Assembly: GCA_018260615.1 (NCBI GenBank)
Contig: JAGWDQ010000145.1
Coordinates: forward strand, 1-17,563
Source of the DNA: Candidatus Altarchaeum sp.
GTDB lineage: Archaea > Altiarchaeota > Altiarchaeia > Altiarchaeales > Altiarchaeaceae
Direction: 5' to 3'
DNA: 17,563 bases
The notes beneath the pieces were generated by a model. It did not search any database and had not been told where the DNA came from. It worked only from the letters and a program-made list of their open reading frames with translations. Positions 9,473 through 17,379 of the stretch are shown here, piece by piece. How positions within the stretch are numbered: the first letter of the stretch is position 1; each line of letters opens with the position of its first letter. The translations under genes were made by a program, and so were the position numbers.

Positions 9473-9976
9473 TTAAAATTTCCATGCTAACTTTCTAAAA
9501 AGGTCAAAAATCTCAATACTTTCAATATTATGCTTCTTGCAGATAAAAGGAATCTTGATCTTGTTCCCATCAAGCTTTTCCTGTGTAACAACTATTCTCT
9601 TTTTAATAGTTGGCACTAATGTTCTTTGATTATTATCGTTCTCCATAGCGAGAGCAACAATAAAAGGATCCGCTATCTCTGTTTCTTTATTTATATCTAC
9701 CCATGATGGATATTCTGCTTGTAACTCCCTTGTTTTTTGAATCTGAAACTCATCTAACTGTCTGATAAACTTTTTATGGCGTTTCTGAACCCATTTCTTT
9801 AGTTCGTCATCTCCCTGACAAATCTCGTCAAAAACCTGCTTTGGAGCAAACAGGCGTCCGGAATCAATTAACTTTTCAATATTATTCCATGGTTTTTCGT
9901 AAATATCCGGAGGGTTCATTTTCTTCAGGTCTATTAGTGAACAAGAGTCAATCACATAGTAGTGAATTTCATTCAT
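9473..9976 (-). CDS. DUF4411-family PIN-like protein (putative toxin/RNase), 167 aa
   Basis: YVIDSCSLID (first PIN Asp), ADPFIVALA, IVVTQE and KIP.IC. Its start overlaps the upstream peptidase stop (ATGAATGA, 9969-9976). Confidence 0.82.
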   Translation of the reverse strand: MNEIHYYVIDSCSLIDLKKMNPPDIYEKPWNNIEKLIDSGRLFAPKQVFDEICQGDDELKKWVQKRHKKFIRQLDEFQIQKTRELQAEYPSWVDINKETEIADPFIVALAMENDNNQRTLVPTIKKRIVVTQEKLDGNKIKIPFICKKHNIESIEIFDLFRKLAWKF

Positions 9977-11117
9977 TTTTCATTTGTATTATGACATTAT
10001 CAAGATTCTTTAGCTTAATTGACAGATAATCAAGAGCATCGCCGGTTGTTATCTTTCCAGATTCTAAGTTATTGGTAACAAGGGAAACAAATTTCCTTCC
10101 TTTTTCACTAAAACACTTCTTGTCACCCGGAGGACTTCTAAATTCCCCTTCTTTCTTTAATTTCTTTTCCGTCTTCTTTGCATAAGGTCTCTCCAAGAAG
10201 GACTTAAATTCATTCATTGTAATGAAATTATAACGGGACATATTGTAAAGAAGCATTAACTTGCTTACTTTGTATTTATTCTTAAGTTTCTCAATAACAT
10301 CTGTTTCAAGAACTGATTTTTTATATTCTGTATAGATTGCCTGAACTATACTGAAAGGCAGCAGAAATTCTGCTGCAAATTCATTGCACCATTTTTCTAC
10401 AGGATGCATATTAAAGAGGGATAAACTATTTTCCGGCATACTAACTCCGGACTCTTTAATCAAAACATGGCCAAACTCATGCATAAGAGTAAAAGTTCTT
10501 GGTTCTATTGGTTCAGCAGAATTAACCACAATTACAGAGGGTAATTCATCAACTAATGTAAATCCTCGGACATCTTCCATTGGCATCCTCATCTGGAAGA
10601 CAATAATATTATTCTGCTCAATAACACCTCTTAAGTAATTGAATGTCCGTCTGGCATCCCCCGGAACTTTGGTGTAATTGAAAATTTTCCTATATTTCTG
10701 AGCTGCATCTTTTGGGTCGTCTGAAAGTTTATATTTCTCAACATGTGAAACAATGTCTGACCGGATATTTTCCGATAGGTATTTGCCAACATTTTGAAAT
10801 CTTCTGGCCCTTCTTAAAGATAACAATGTCACTTTATCATAAACAGCTGTCTTGCCAGGGATCATACGGTAGTCATTAGGCAAGGGCTTATCGTCGGGTA
10901 CTTTTGAAAGCAAGAAAACAGCAAATGGTCTTTTAACTATTTTTGATAAATGCTCTAATTGTTTTACTGTGGGTTTTTTGGTTTTATTTATCCATGACTT
11001 CATAACTTCAGAGCTAACTTTAAGTTTTCGGCTGAGTTCCTCAAATTCCCATCCGGAACTCTTAATAACCCATTTCAAAACATCAGGTTCAACTTCCACT
11101 GTTATTGATTTCTGCAT
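9969..11117 (-). CDS. XRE-type HTH plus ImmA/IrrE (M78) zinc metallopeptidase, RosmerTA antitoxin-like, 382 aa
   Basis: N-terminal HTH (SGWEFEELSRKLKVS...WINKTKKPTVKQLEHLSK), HExxH motif TLMHEFGH, and downstream EKWCNEFAAEFLLP. Confidence 0.9.
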   Translation of the reverse strand: MQKSITVEVEPDVLKWVIKSSGWEFEELSRKLKVSSEVMKSWINKTKKPTVKQLEHLSKIVKRPFAVFLLSKVPDDKPLPNDYRMIPGKTAVYDKVTLLSLRRARRFQNVGKYLSENIRSDIVSHVEKYKLSDDPKDAAQKYRKIFNYTKVPGDARRTFNYLRGVIEQNNIIVFQMRMPMEDVRGFTLVDELPSVIVVNSAEPIEPRTFTLMHEFGHVLIKESGVSMPENSLSLFNMHPVEKWCNEFAAEFLLPFSIVQAIYTEYKKSVLETDVIEKLKNKYKVSKLMLLYNMSRYNFITMNEFKSFLERPYAKKTEKKLKKEGEFRSPPGDKKCFSEKGRKFVSLVTNNLESGKITTGDALDYLSIKLKNLDNVIIQMKNE

Positions 11118-11189
11118 TTTAAATTTTAAAATTAAATTTAGATTTAAATTTGATTGCTCATTTAATTATTGGTTTTATTTTAATTACTT

Positions 11190-14100
11190 TCATTTTTTCT
11201 TTTTTAAGCTCCCCGCCTTATCCAGTCGCTGCTTAACCATCTCACAAACACTCCAGTAAACCTCTTTTCTCTTATCTTCACTCAACCCAAGCTCATCAAA
11301 AATAATGTTGTCAAGCTCAGCACGGTCAGAAAGAGGAGCAGGTTCCTGCTCTCTGATGGGTTTATCTGGGTTGATGCCCAGTTCTTCGAAGATTGATTTT
11401 ATTGGTCGTCTAAAAAATCCTTCATTACTAAAATCGATTCTAAAAACGGGGCATTTTTTCCAATCAGGTACCTTTAAAACTAATGCCCCCTCACCCAACC
11501 CAACCTGTCCTTGTAGTTCTTCAAACAAAAATATAAACGAAGAACTTAAAAAACTTAAGATACCTTTCATATCCTTTTTATCCAATAAACTTATTTCATA
11601 AAGAACATTATTAACAAAATAATTATCATTTTTAATAGGGTATTCCTTGTCTCCTACGTGTTTATACAAAATAATGTCCGAATTAGAATTTTCTCGAAGA
11701 CTATACCATTTTTTATTATTAGAAAAACTTGGTTTTTTATGGAATGCTTGAGATTCGCCCCATTTAATATACTTTAAAGCGTTTGTTCCTATTAACTCTT
11801 TTTTATCTCTATGGCACAAAAATACAAATCGTTTAATTTGTTTTTTATTTATATAGATGCTCTCACAATTTCTTGGAGATACAATAGCTAACTTTAAGAA
11901 TTCATTTTCTATTTTCCATTCTTTAATCTGTTTTTCATCAAAATAAAAGAATTCATTTAAGCCAGTGGTTACTCCTCTTTTAAGATTACCAAATTTTCTA
12001 AGTTCAATTAACTTCCCTTTTCCTTTCTCAAGAATCGTATAAAATATATCGGGCGCCCTTAAATATTTCCCACCCCATTTGTTGCCTTCATAACTGCCTG
12101 ATTTGAATCTTCCTTTTGTTTTATCGTAATCTTCCGGGTATTCCCAGCCGTCTTCAAGTAAGTCTTCTTGAGTTACTGGAAAAACTCTATAGTCATCGGT
12201 CTTAACAACATTCTTAACAAGCTCAGTAATTCCCTGCCCTTTAATTGTTGCTTTTGCTACATCAATCTCAATCAAGTTCTTTGCTGACAAAACCTCTTCA
12301 AATGGCTTCTTGAACATCACAAATTTAGCAGTATTGTTTAGCATCGGCCAATTTTTGATTTCCTGCGCTTTCAGGTCTTCAAAGCGTATTTCTTCCTTAA
12401 ATACAGGACATCCAAACAAAGCAATTATTGTGTTAACATCAGCATGTGAAAAGCTTCTTTTCGGGTTGTCATAAACTGCAATTATTGGAGCACGTTTCAG
12501 CAAAAATTCCTGCAACTCTTTTCCATAGCCAACATCAAGCCATGAATTAGATGTGATAAAGGTAAATGTTCCTTTTTCATTAAGCAGGCTCAAGCCGTGA
12601 AAATAAAAGTAAATATAATAATCGCTTCTTTTATCAATTCCGGAAACATCGGGAAATTTTGATTTTACAGAATTAATCCGCTTTTCCTTGTATTCTCTTC
12701 TGTCCTCCAAGCCGACTTCGGATTTAATCGTGTTTGGAGGGGAAATCATCTCCTGCCGGACATAAGGCGGATTTCCTATGACAATATCAAAGCCGTTTTT
12801 GTCTCCGAATATTTCGGCGAAATCAATATCCCAGACAAATGGCTTCTTTTCAGGGTCTTCCAGAAGTCCCTTTATTTTCGTTAATTTTTCAATCTCCTCG
12901 CCATTATTTTTTATTTTATTATCAATTTCTTTATCAATTTTAATCTCAAGTTCAATCTGGACTTTAGCAGTTCCAAATAATCCCACTTGTTTAGTTCTTT
13001 TTTCAAAACTATTTCTCAGAACCTCTATGTCGCATTTTAGACTTTCAATCCTTTCATCAATAATTTCCTCAAAAAGCATTACTTCTTCTTTCTTTACTTC
13101 CTCATGTGTTTTGAATTTTGCTGTCTGGGAATTCTCAAAATACTTCCTTTTCTCTTGCTTTAGGTTTTCAAGTTTTTTCTTTAAGGGGGGTTTCAGATCA
13201 TTAGTCCTTACATTAAAAGTAAGTCCGCCAATCTCTTGCACAAGAGAATCGCCTATTCTTAAATTAAGATTTAGATTAGGTAGCAATGGATCCTTCCTGA
13301 GCTCTTCTTTCTTGAAGTTGGTCTCTACTATTATCTGTAGCCATAATCTTAACTCTGCCGCATGAATGGCCCAAGGCATTACATCAACGCCATAAAGCGA
13401 ATACTGTATGATTCTATTTTTCAGCTGAAAATCAGTCAGGTTCCTGTCCATGTGTTTGTAAATCATCCTGTAAATTTCAGCAACAACATTCAGCATCCCG
13501 ACAAGAAATGCCCCCGAACCACATGCAGGATCTACAACAGACAAATTATCTAGTGTTTCTTCTAATTTTCTCCACAGTTTTTCTTTAGCAAACCATTCCT
13601 CAATTTTCTCTTTCTCTTCTGGCAAATCAAAAATCAGATGATAAAATTTCTCTTTCGGAACTTCTGGCAAATGTTTTGACAGATACTCGACCAAAGAACG
13701 CCTGCACATAAAGTCAACTTCTATTCTAGGGGTGTAAAATATACCAAAATCATTTCTATCATAAATCTCATCAGCAACATTAGCCAAAGACTCGTAAACA
13801 TAACCAATCATCTGAGGGTCAACAGCAACTTCTGACTCAAGAGGCATATCCTCTTTTATTGTGAAATTGTATTTTTCAAAGAAATCAAATATTTTCTCAA
13901 ACATCCTGTCTGTAATTTTTATTTTCAAATCATCCAAATTATTCTGCCTGAATAAACCACCATTTAGATATGGGGAGTTAGAAATTACTTTTGTAACATC
14001 TTCTGGCAGACCAGTTATCTCATTTGAACGGTTGTTAAAAGCTTTAAAGAATACTTGTCTAATCCATTTCTCATAAAATTCTTCAGAGCTGTATTTATTT

Positions 14101-14861
14101 AGTTTCTTATAAGAACTCCAAATCCACCCTATAAACCTTGGATGCTCAAGCCACCTTTTCCTTGAAATAAAATAAATGAACATTATCCTGTTAAGGAACT
14201 GTAATGTAAACTCATGGGATTCTTTTCTTGAAATATTCTGTTTAATTAATTCATCCCTCAAAGTAAAGAAAATCTCTTTATATTTCTTAAAGAATGATTC
14301 CGTTACTCTCTCAACACTAAATGATTTATTCCATTTTCTCCAGACATCGCGCCAATTTTCTTCCTTTTCAAAATAAATGTCGGATAAAGTTTGGACATCT
14401 GTATAATGGATTTCATTTTTGTCTATGATGAGTTTTGTAATCTTTAGTTTAGGAAATTTACTATTTTCGGTTTTTTCTCTTTTAGGGAATACAAAAACTA
14501 CTTCTGAATAATCAGAAGCAAAGATTAATAAAAAGTGCAAATATTGTCTATCAAAAGTAGTTGTTACGGACCTTATAAAAGATGGTGTTAAGGTATTTGT
14601 TTCAAGCAAAAAAACAGGCAGGTTTTCATCAAAACTTAAAATAGAGTAAATTTCTTTAATTCTTTGAGCATCATCTTTTTTAAAATCAAAAGTTTCCTTT
14701 TTTCGTTTAGACGAAGTATTAAAAAGAACTTTACCAGGATAGTTAAGTAACTTGAACAAATCGAAAATATCTTCGGCAGATTTAATCTTGCTAATATTTT
14801 CCTGCATTTTCCTTCTTAATTCAAGTAACTTAATTTCATTATTCATTTTTGATACACACAT
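11190..14861 (-). CDS. Large Eco57I/type IIG-like N6-adenine DNA methyltransferase with C-terminal target-recognition domain (1223 aa; start may be the ATG at 14846)
   Basis: FNGGLF-like LNGGLF, motif X GIFYTP, motif I VVDPACGSGAFL, motif II YGVD and motif IV IGNPPY, in gamma-class order. Confidence 0.93.
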   Translation of the reverse strand: MCVSKMNNEIKLLELRRKMQENISKIKSAEDIFDLFKLLNYPGKVLFNTSSKRKKETFDFKKDDAQRIKEIYSILSFDENLPVFLLETNTLTPSFIRSVTTTFDRQYLHFLLIFASDYSEVVFVFPKREKTENSKFPKLKITKLIIDKNEIHYTDVQTLSDIYFEKEENWRDVWRKWNKSFSVERVTESFFKKYKEIFFTLRDELIKQNISRKESHEFTLQFLNRIMFIYFISRKRWLEHPRFIGWIWSSYKKLNKYSSEEFYEKWIRQVFFKAFNNRSNEITGLPEDVTKVISNSPYLNGGLFRQNNLDDLKIKITDRMFEKIFDFFEKYNFTIKEDMPLESEVAVDPQMIGYVYESLANVADEIYDRNDFGIFYTPRIEVDFMCRRSLVEYLSKHLPEVPKEKFYHLIFDLPEEKEKIEEWFAKEKLWRKLEETLDNLSVVDPACGSGAFLVGMLNVVAEIYRMIYKHMDRNLTDFQLKNRIIQYSLYGVDVMPWAIHAAELRLWLQIIVETNFKKEELRKDPLLPNLNLNLRIGDSLVQEIGGLTFNVRTNDLKPPLKKKLENLKQEKRKYFENSQTAKFKTHEEVKKEEVMLFEEIIDERIESLKCDIEVLRNSFEKRTKQVGLFGTAKVQIELEIKIDKEIDNKIKNNGEEIEKLTKIKGLLEDPEKKPFVWDIDFAEIFGDKNGFDIVIGNPPYVRQEMISPPNTIKSEVGLEDRREYKEKRINSVKSKFPDVSGIDKRSDYYIYFYFHGLSLLNEKGTFTFITSNSWLDVGYGKELQEFLLKRAPIIAVYDNPKRSFSHADVNTIIALFGCPVFKEEIRFEDLKAQEIKNWPMLNNTAKFVMFKKPFEEVLSAKNLIEIDVAKATIKGQGITELVKNVVKTDDYRVFPVTQEDLLEDGWEYPEDYDKTKGRFKSGSYEGNKWGGKYLRAPDIFYTILEKGKGKLIELRKFGNLKRGVTTGLNEFFYFDEKQIKEWKIENEFLKLAIVSPRNCESIYINKKQIKRFVFLCHRDKKELIGTNALKYIKWGESQAFHKKPSFSNNKKWYSLRENSNSDIILYKHVGDKEYPIKNDNYFVNNVLYEISLLDKKDMKGILSFLSSSFIFLFEELQGQVGLGEGALVLKVPDWKKCPVFRIDFSNEGFFRRPIKSIFEELGINPDKPIREQEPAPLSDRAELDNIIFDELGLSEDKRKEVYWSVCEMVKQRLDKAGSLKKKK

Positions 14862-14871
14862 AAATTTCTTG

Positions 14872-14880
14872 TTTATAAAA
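14872..14880 (-). promoter_or_regulatory. Candidate archaeal TATA box for the methyltransferase operon
   Basis: Reads TTTTATAAA on the minus strand, 26-34 nt upstream of the second ATG (14846). The AT-rich background makes this weak evidence. Confidence 0.35.
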
Positions 14881-14894
14881 CTAATTTAGATCGA

Positions 14895-15110
14895 TATACT
14901 CAACAACGGCAAAAACTGCGATTTTTATCTATTTTAATAGGTATTAAATTATGTCCAAAACAAAATATTATTCGGATTTCGAAGATTTTAAAAAGGGCAT
15001 TACTGACTACTTGGGCCATACAAATACCCCCCAAAACAAAAACTCATCTCTTTGCTTACACATCGTTTTCAAAGATTTGAAAAGCTCAATCTATAGATGT
15101 GGAAAGTATA
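14895..15110 (+). mobile_element. Internally deleted, frameshifted IS630-family relic (MITE-like, 216 bp)
   Basis: Bounded by TATACT (14895-14900) and AGTATA (15105-15110), i.e. TA-flanked short inverted ends. It encodes MSKTKYYSDFEDFKKGITDYLGHTNT from 14951 and, after a -1 shift near the C6 run at 15027-15032, KQKLISLLTHRFQRFEKLNL* (stop 15094-15096). This resembles the KYY..F..F..AI...ELxSLLTxxFQ C-terminus of IS630 transposases. Confidence 0.7.
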
Positions 15111-15115
15111 TTAAA

Positions 15116-15586
15116 TTATAATTTTTTACCCAATAGTTTCTTTTTTAAATCTTGTATTTCCTCTAATTCCAATAATTCATTTCCAGATTTTTTAATGTTT
15201 CTTTGCAACATCCCATTAATCTCTTCCTTAATTTTCTTAAAATTAGGATTTATTTTATTATAAAAACTATCTATGGAGTTATAGATGTTTTTTCCTTTTT
15301 TTGTTATTTTGTATGTTATCGTTTCATCTCTTATTTTCTCTAATTCAACAATACTTAAATCATGGAATGATTGCAGGAGCCGGGATAATCCGGGGTCAGT
15401 AGGACCTCTAAAATTTCTAAGTAAATCCCAGTTTTCATACCCTAATCTTGTAAGTTCTTGTCTAACTAATACCGAGGTTTTTTCCATTTTTAGTTTGCCC
15501 TTAACTCCCTTTTCTTCTGTTTGTTTTTCTGCAACATCTAAAATACTCAACATCCAATAATCTTTCGGAGGGATTTTTTCCTTCAT
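15116..15586 (-). CDS. Small winged-helix protein, SocA/YwgA (Panacea)-like, 156 aa
   Basis: GKLKMEKTSVLVRQE resembles GRxKLQKLxF, NFRGPTDPGL resembles YxxGPxSxEL, and YKITKKG is a typical wHTH wing. It has an ATGA overlap with the ATPase (15583-15586). Confidence 0.55.
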   Translation of the reverse strand: MKEKIPPKDYWMLSILDVAEKQTEEKGVKGKLKMEKTSVLVRQELTRLGYENWDLLRNFRGPTDPGLSRLLQSFHDLSIVELEKIRDETITYKITKKGKNIYNSIDSFYNKINPNFKKIKEEINGMLQRNIKKSGNELLELEEIQDLKKKLLGKKL

Positions 15587-17379
15587 CTTATATAATCTTT
15601 TAATTTTGATTGATATATTAATTTTTCAACAACCTCACAAGATATTTGTGAATTTATTGCTTCATCTATTGAGAAAGTTATAAATTGTATATTTTCTTTA
15701 AACATTTTTAATACGCTGATAAGATTATCCTTCCACTTCACATCTACATTATCTATGTTCTCAAAAATGTCATCAAATAATCCAAAATTCAAATTGGTTG
15801 TCTTGTTATCATAATTAAATTGATGAAAAGTCATCCACAAAGCGACATCAATTAATTTCTTCTGGGAATATCCGAATTCTCCTTTCTGGGAACAATCTTT
15901 TTTAGAAATTCCTGTATCTAAATAAATCTTACCCTCTTCGTAAATTAAATTGCTTTCTTCAGGTTTTATTAGTTCTTTGTAACTTGAATTTAGAGTTTTA
16001 GAAAATTTTTTAATATTCTCTGTATTCCGATCTTCTTCTATTTCTATCTTCCTATATTCCAATTCCTTGAGTTTATTTTTATATTCTTCTATTTGAGAAT
16101 CTATTTTTTTTCTATATCCCTCATTAGAATCAATTTTTCCTTTCGCCTCCTCTAATTCTTGTTCAAGCTGGGGGTATCTTTCGTTGTATTCTTTATATTT
16201 CGTTTTTATTTCTTCATCTCCATTACAATCTTTGATTACTCTAATTATTATTGGATTGATATTATATGGGATTCTGTTCTTTTGTTTTAATTCTTCAATT
16301 TTGTTTTCTAAATCTTTTATTTGCTCCGATATTTCTGTTTCTTGTTTTTTTAATTCCTCTATTTCAGAATCCGCCTCTTTTATACGAGATTCTATTATTT
16401 CATAAAGATCGCCTGCATGTTTCTCTCCCCCACAAAAAGGGCATAATTTTTTACTTTTCCTTCCTTCCACCTTTTCTACATCAAGATTATCTTCACAGAC
16501 AGGACACATTAAAACGGATAAAGTTTCCTTAACTGATTCTAATAGCTTCTTATTGTGATACTGGTTTTGATAACCGATTTTTCCTCTTACTTTAATTAAC
16601 TTGTCATTTTTACCTGTTAGAGTTGAAGTTAAAGTTTCCAAGTTGGTTTTTAATTCTTGGTTTTGTTCTAATGCCTTTTTTGCTTCAAAAATTCCTCCAG
16701 ATTCATATTCTGACAAAAAAGCTTTAATCTCGTTCAAATACTTCTTATTTTTTTGGACAACAAGTTTTGAATAATTTATTTCATTCAGAATATTAGTTTT
16801 TTGATAACTCAATTTCTCTATGTCTTTTTTATTTTTATCTGTTTCCTGGTTTATTTTTTTAATTTCTTCACTCGTTTTAACACCGCTTGAGAAAGCTATA
16901 ACAATAGATCTCATTTGATCTTGTGAAAATTTTCTTAATATAGTATCTTCCTCTCTTTGAGGTATGACTAATACGTTTACTATTAATTTAGATAATTTGG
17001 CATCTTCAGAAGGAAGGTTAAAAAGTTCCATTAATTTTCTTTCTACCTCTGCTTGACCTTCTATTTTTTCTATTTCTTTTCCACGTTCATGAATTATTAA
17101 CATTGGCTTCTTATTATACTTTCTTTTAATAGTTGTTTCTATATAATTATTCGTTAATCGTATCTCGGTATCATCTAAACTGCTTTGATGTCTATCTATA
17201 AATCCCTGCCCGAATATGGATGAGATAATAGCATCAAAAGATGTCGTTTTCCCGGCGTTATTTGTTCCGTAAACAAATAATGACTCCCCCTCTAAACTTG
17301 ATTTTAATCCACAATATTCCGTACTACAATATTTTCTAATATTGATCTCCTTTATTCGAAATTGATTATTTTCTTTCAT
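15583..17379 (-). CDS. SMC/Rad50-like ABC ATPase with coiled coils and a double-CxxC zinc hook, 598 aa
   Basis: Walker A GTNNAGKTT, Q-loop LVIPQ, heptad K/E-rich arms around CPVC-x17-CPFC, signature-position FGYSQ, and Walker B/D-loop FGLFDDIFENID. GGAGG ribosome-binding site at 17386-17390. Confidence 0.88.
   Translation of the reverse strand: MKENNQFRIKEINIRKYCSTEYCGLKSSLEGESLFVYGTNNAGKTTSFDAIISSIFGQGFIDRHQSSLDDTEIRLTNNYIETTIKRKYNKKPMLIIHERGKEIEKIEGQAEVERKLMELFNLPSEDAKLSKLIVNVLVIPQREEDTILRKFSQDQMRSIVIAFSSGVKTSEEIKKINQETDKNKKDIEKLSYQKTNILNEINYSKLVVQKNKKYLNEIKAFLSEYESGGIFEAKKALEQNQELKTNLETLTSTLTGKNDKLIKVRGKIGYQNQYHNKKLLESVKETLSVLMCPVCEDNLDVEKVEGRKSKKLCPFCGGEKHAGDLYEIIESRIKEADSEIEELKKQETEISEQIKDLENKIEELKQKNRIPYNINPIIIRVIKDCNGDEEIKTKYKEYNERYPQLEQELEEAKGKIDSNEGYRKKIDSQIEEYKNKLKELEYRKIEIEEDRNTENIKKFSKTLNSSYKELIKPEESNLIYEEGKIYLDTGISKKDCSQKGEFGYSQKKLIDVALWMTFHQFNYDNKTTNLNFGLFDDIFENIDNVDVKWKDNLISVLKMFKENIQFITFSIDEAINSQISCEVVEKLIYQSKLKDYIR

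Noticed and set aside
11118-11189. AT-rich palindromes (e.g. AAATTTA-GATT-TAAATTT) as the XRE operator; similar ones at 4060-4085 and 5510-5545
   Set aside because: Such palindromes are expected by chance in spacers this AT-rich and cannot be supported without binding data.
6256-14861. Complete DISARM, BREX or Gao restriction-like system
   Set aside because: No DrmA/DrmB, PglZ/BrxC or DUF499/DUF1156 genes are present in the window.
14951-15121. 56-aa plus-strand ORF as an independent small gene
   Set aside because: Better explained as a frameshifted IS630 transposase fragment, because the similarity continues in another frame.
346-16532. All plus-strand ORFs in the track (e.g. 1255-1704, 2494-3009, 5715-6182, 12778-13365)
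   Set aside because: They lie antisense to well-supported minus-strand genes, have Ser/Phe/Ile-rich shadow composition and show no motifs.
15583-17379. Housekeeping Rad50, or DndD of a phosphorothioation cluster
   Set aside because: It is short for archaeal Rad50, lacks LSGG, has two CxxC motifs, and no NurA/HerA or DndC/DndE-like neighbour is visible. The truncated upstream gene is unidentified, so this is not fully excluded.
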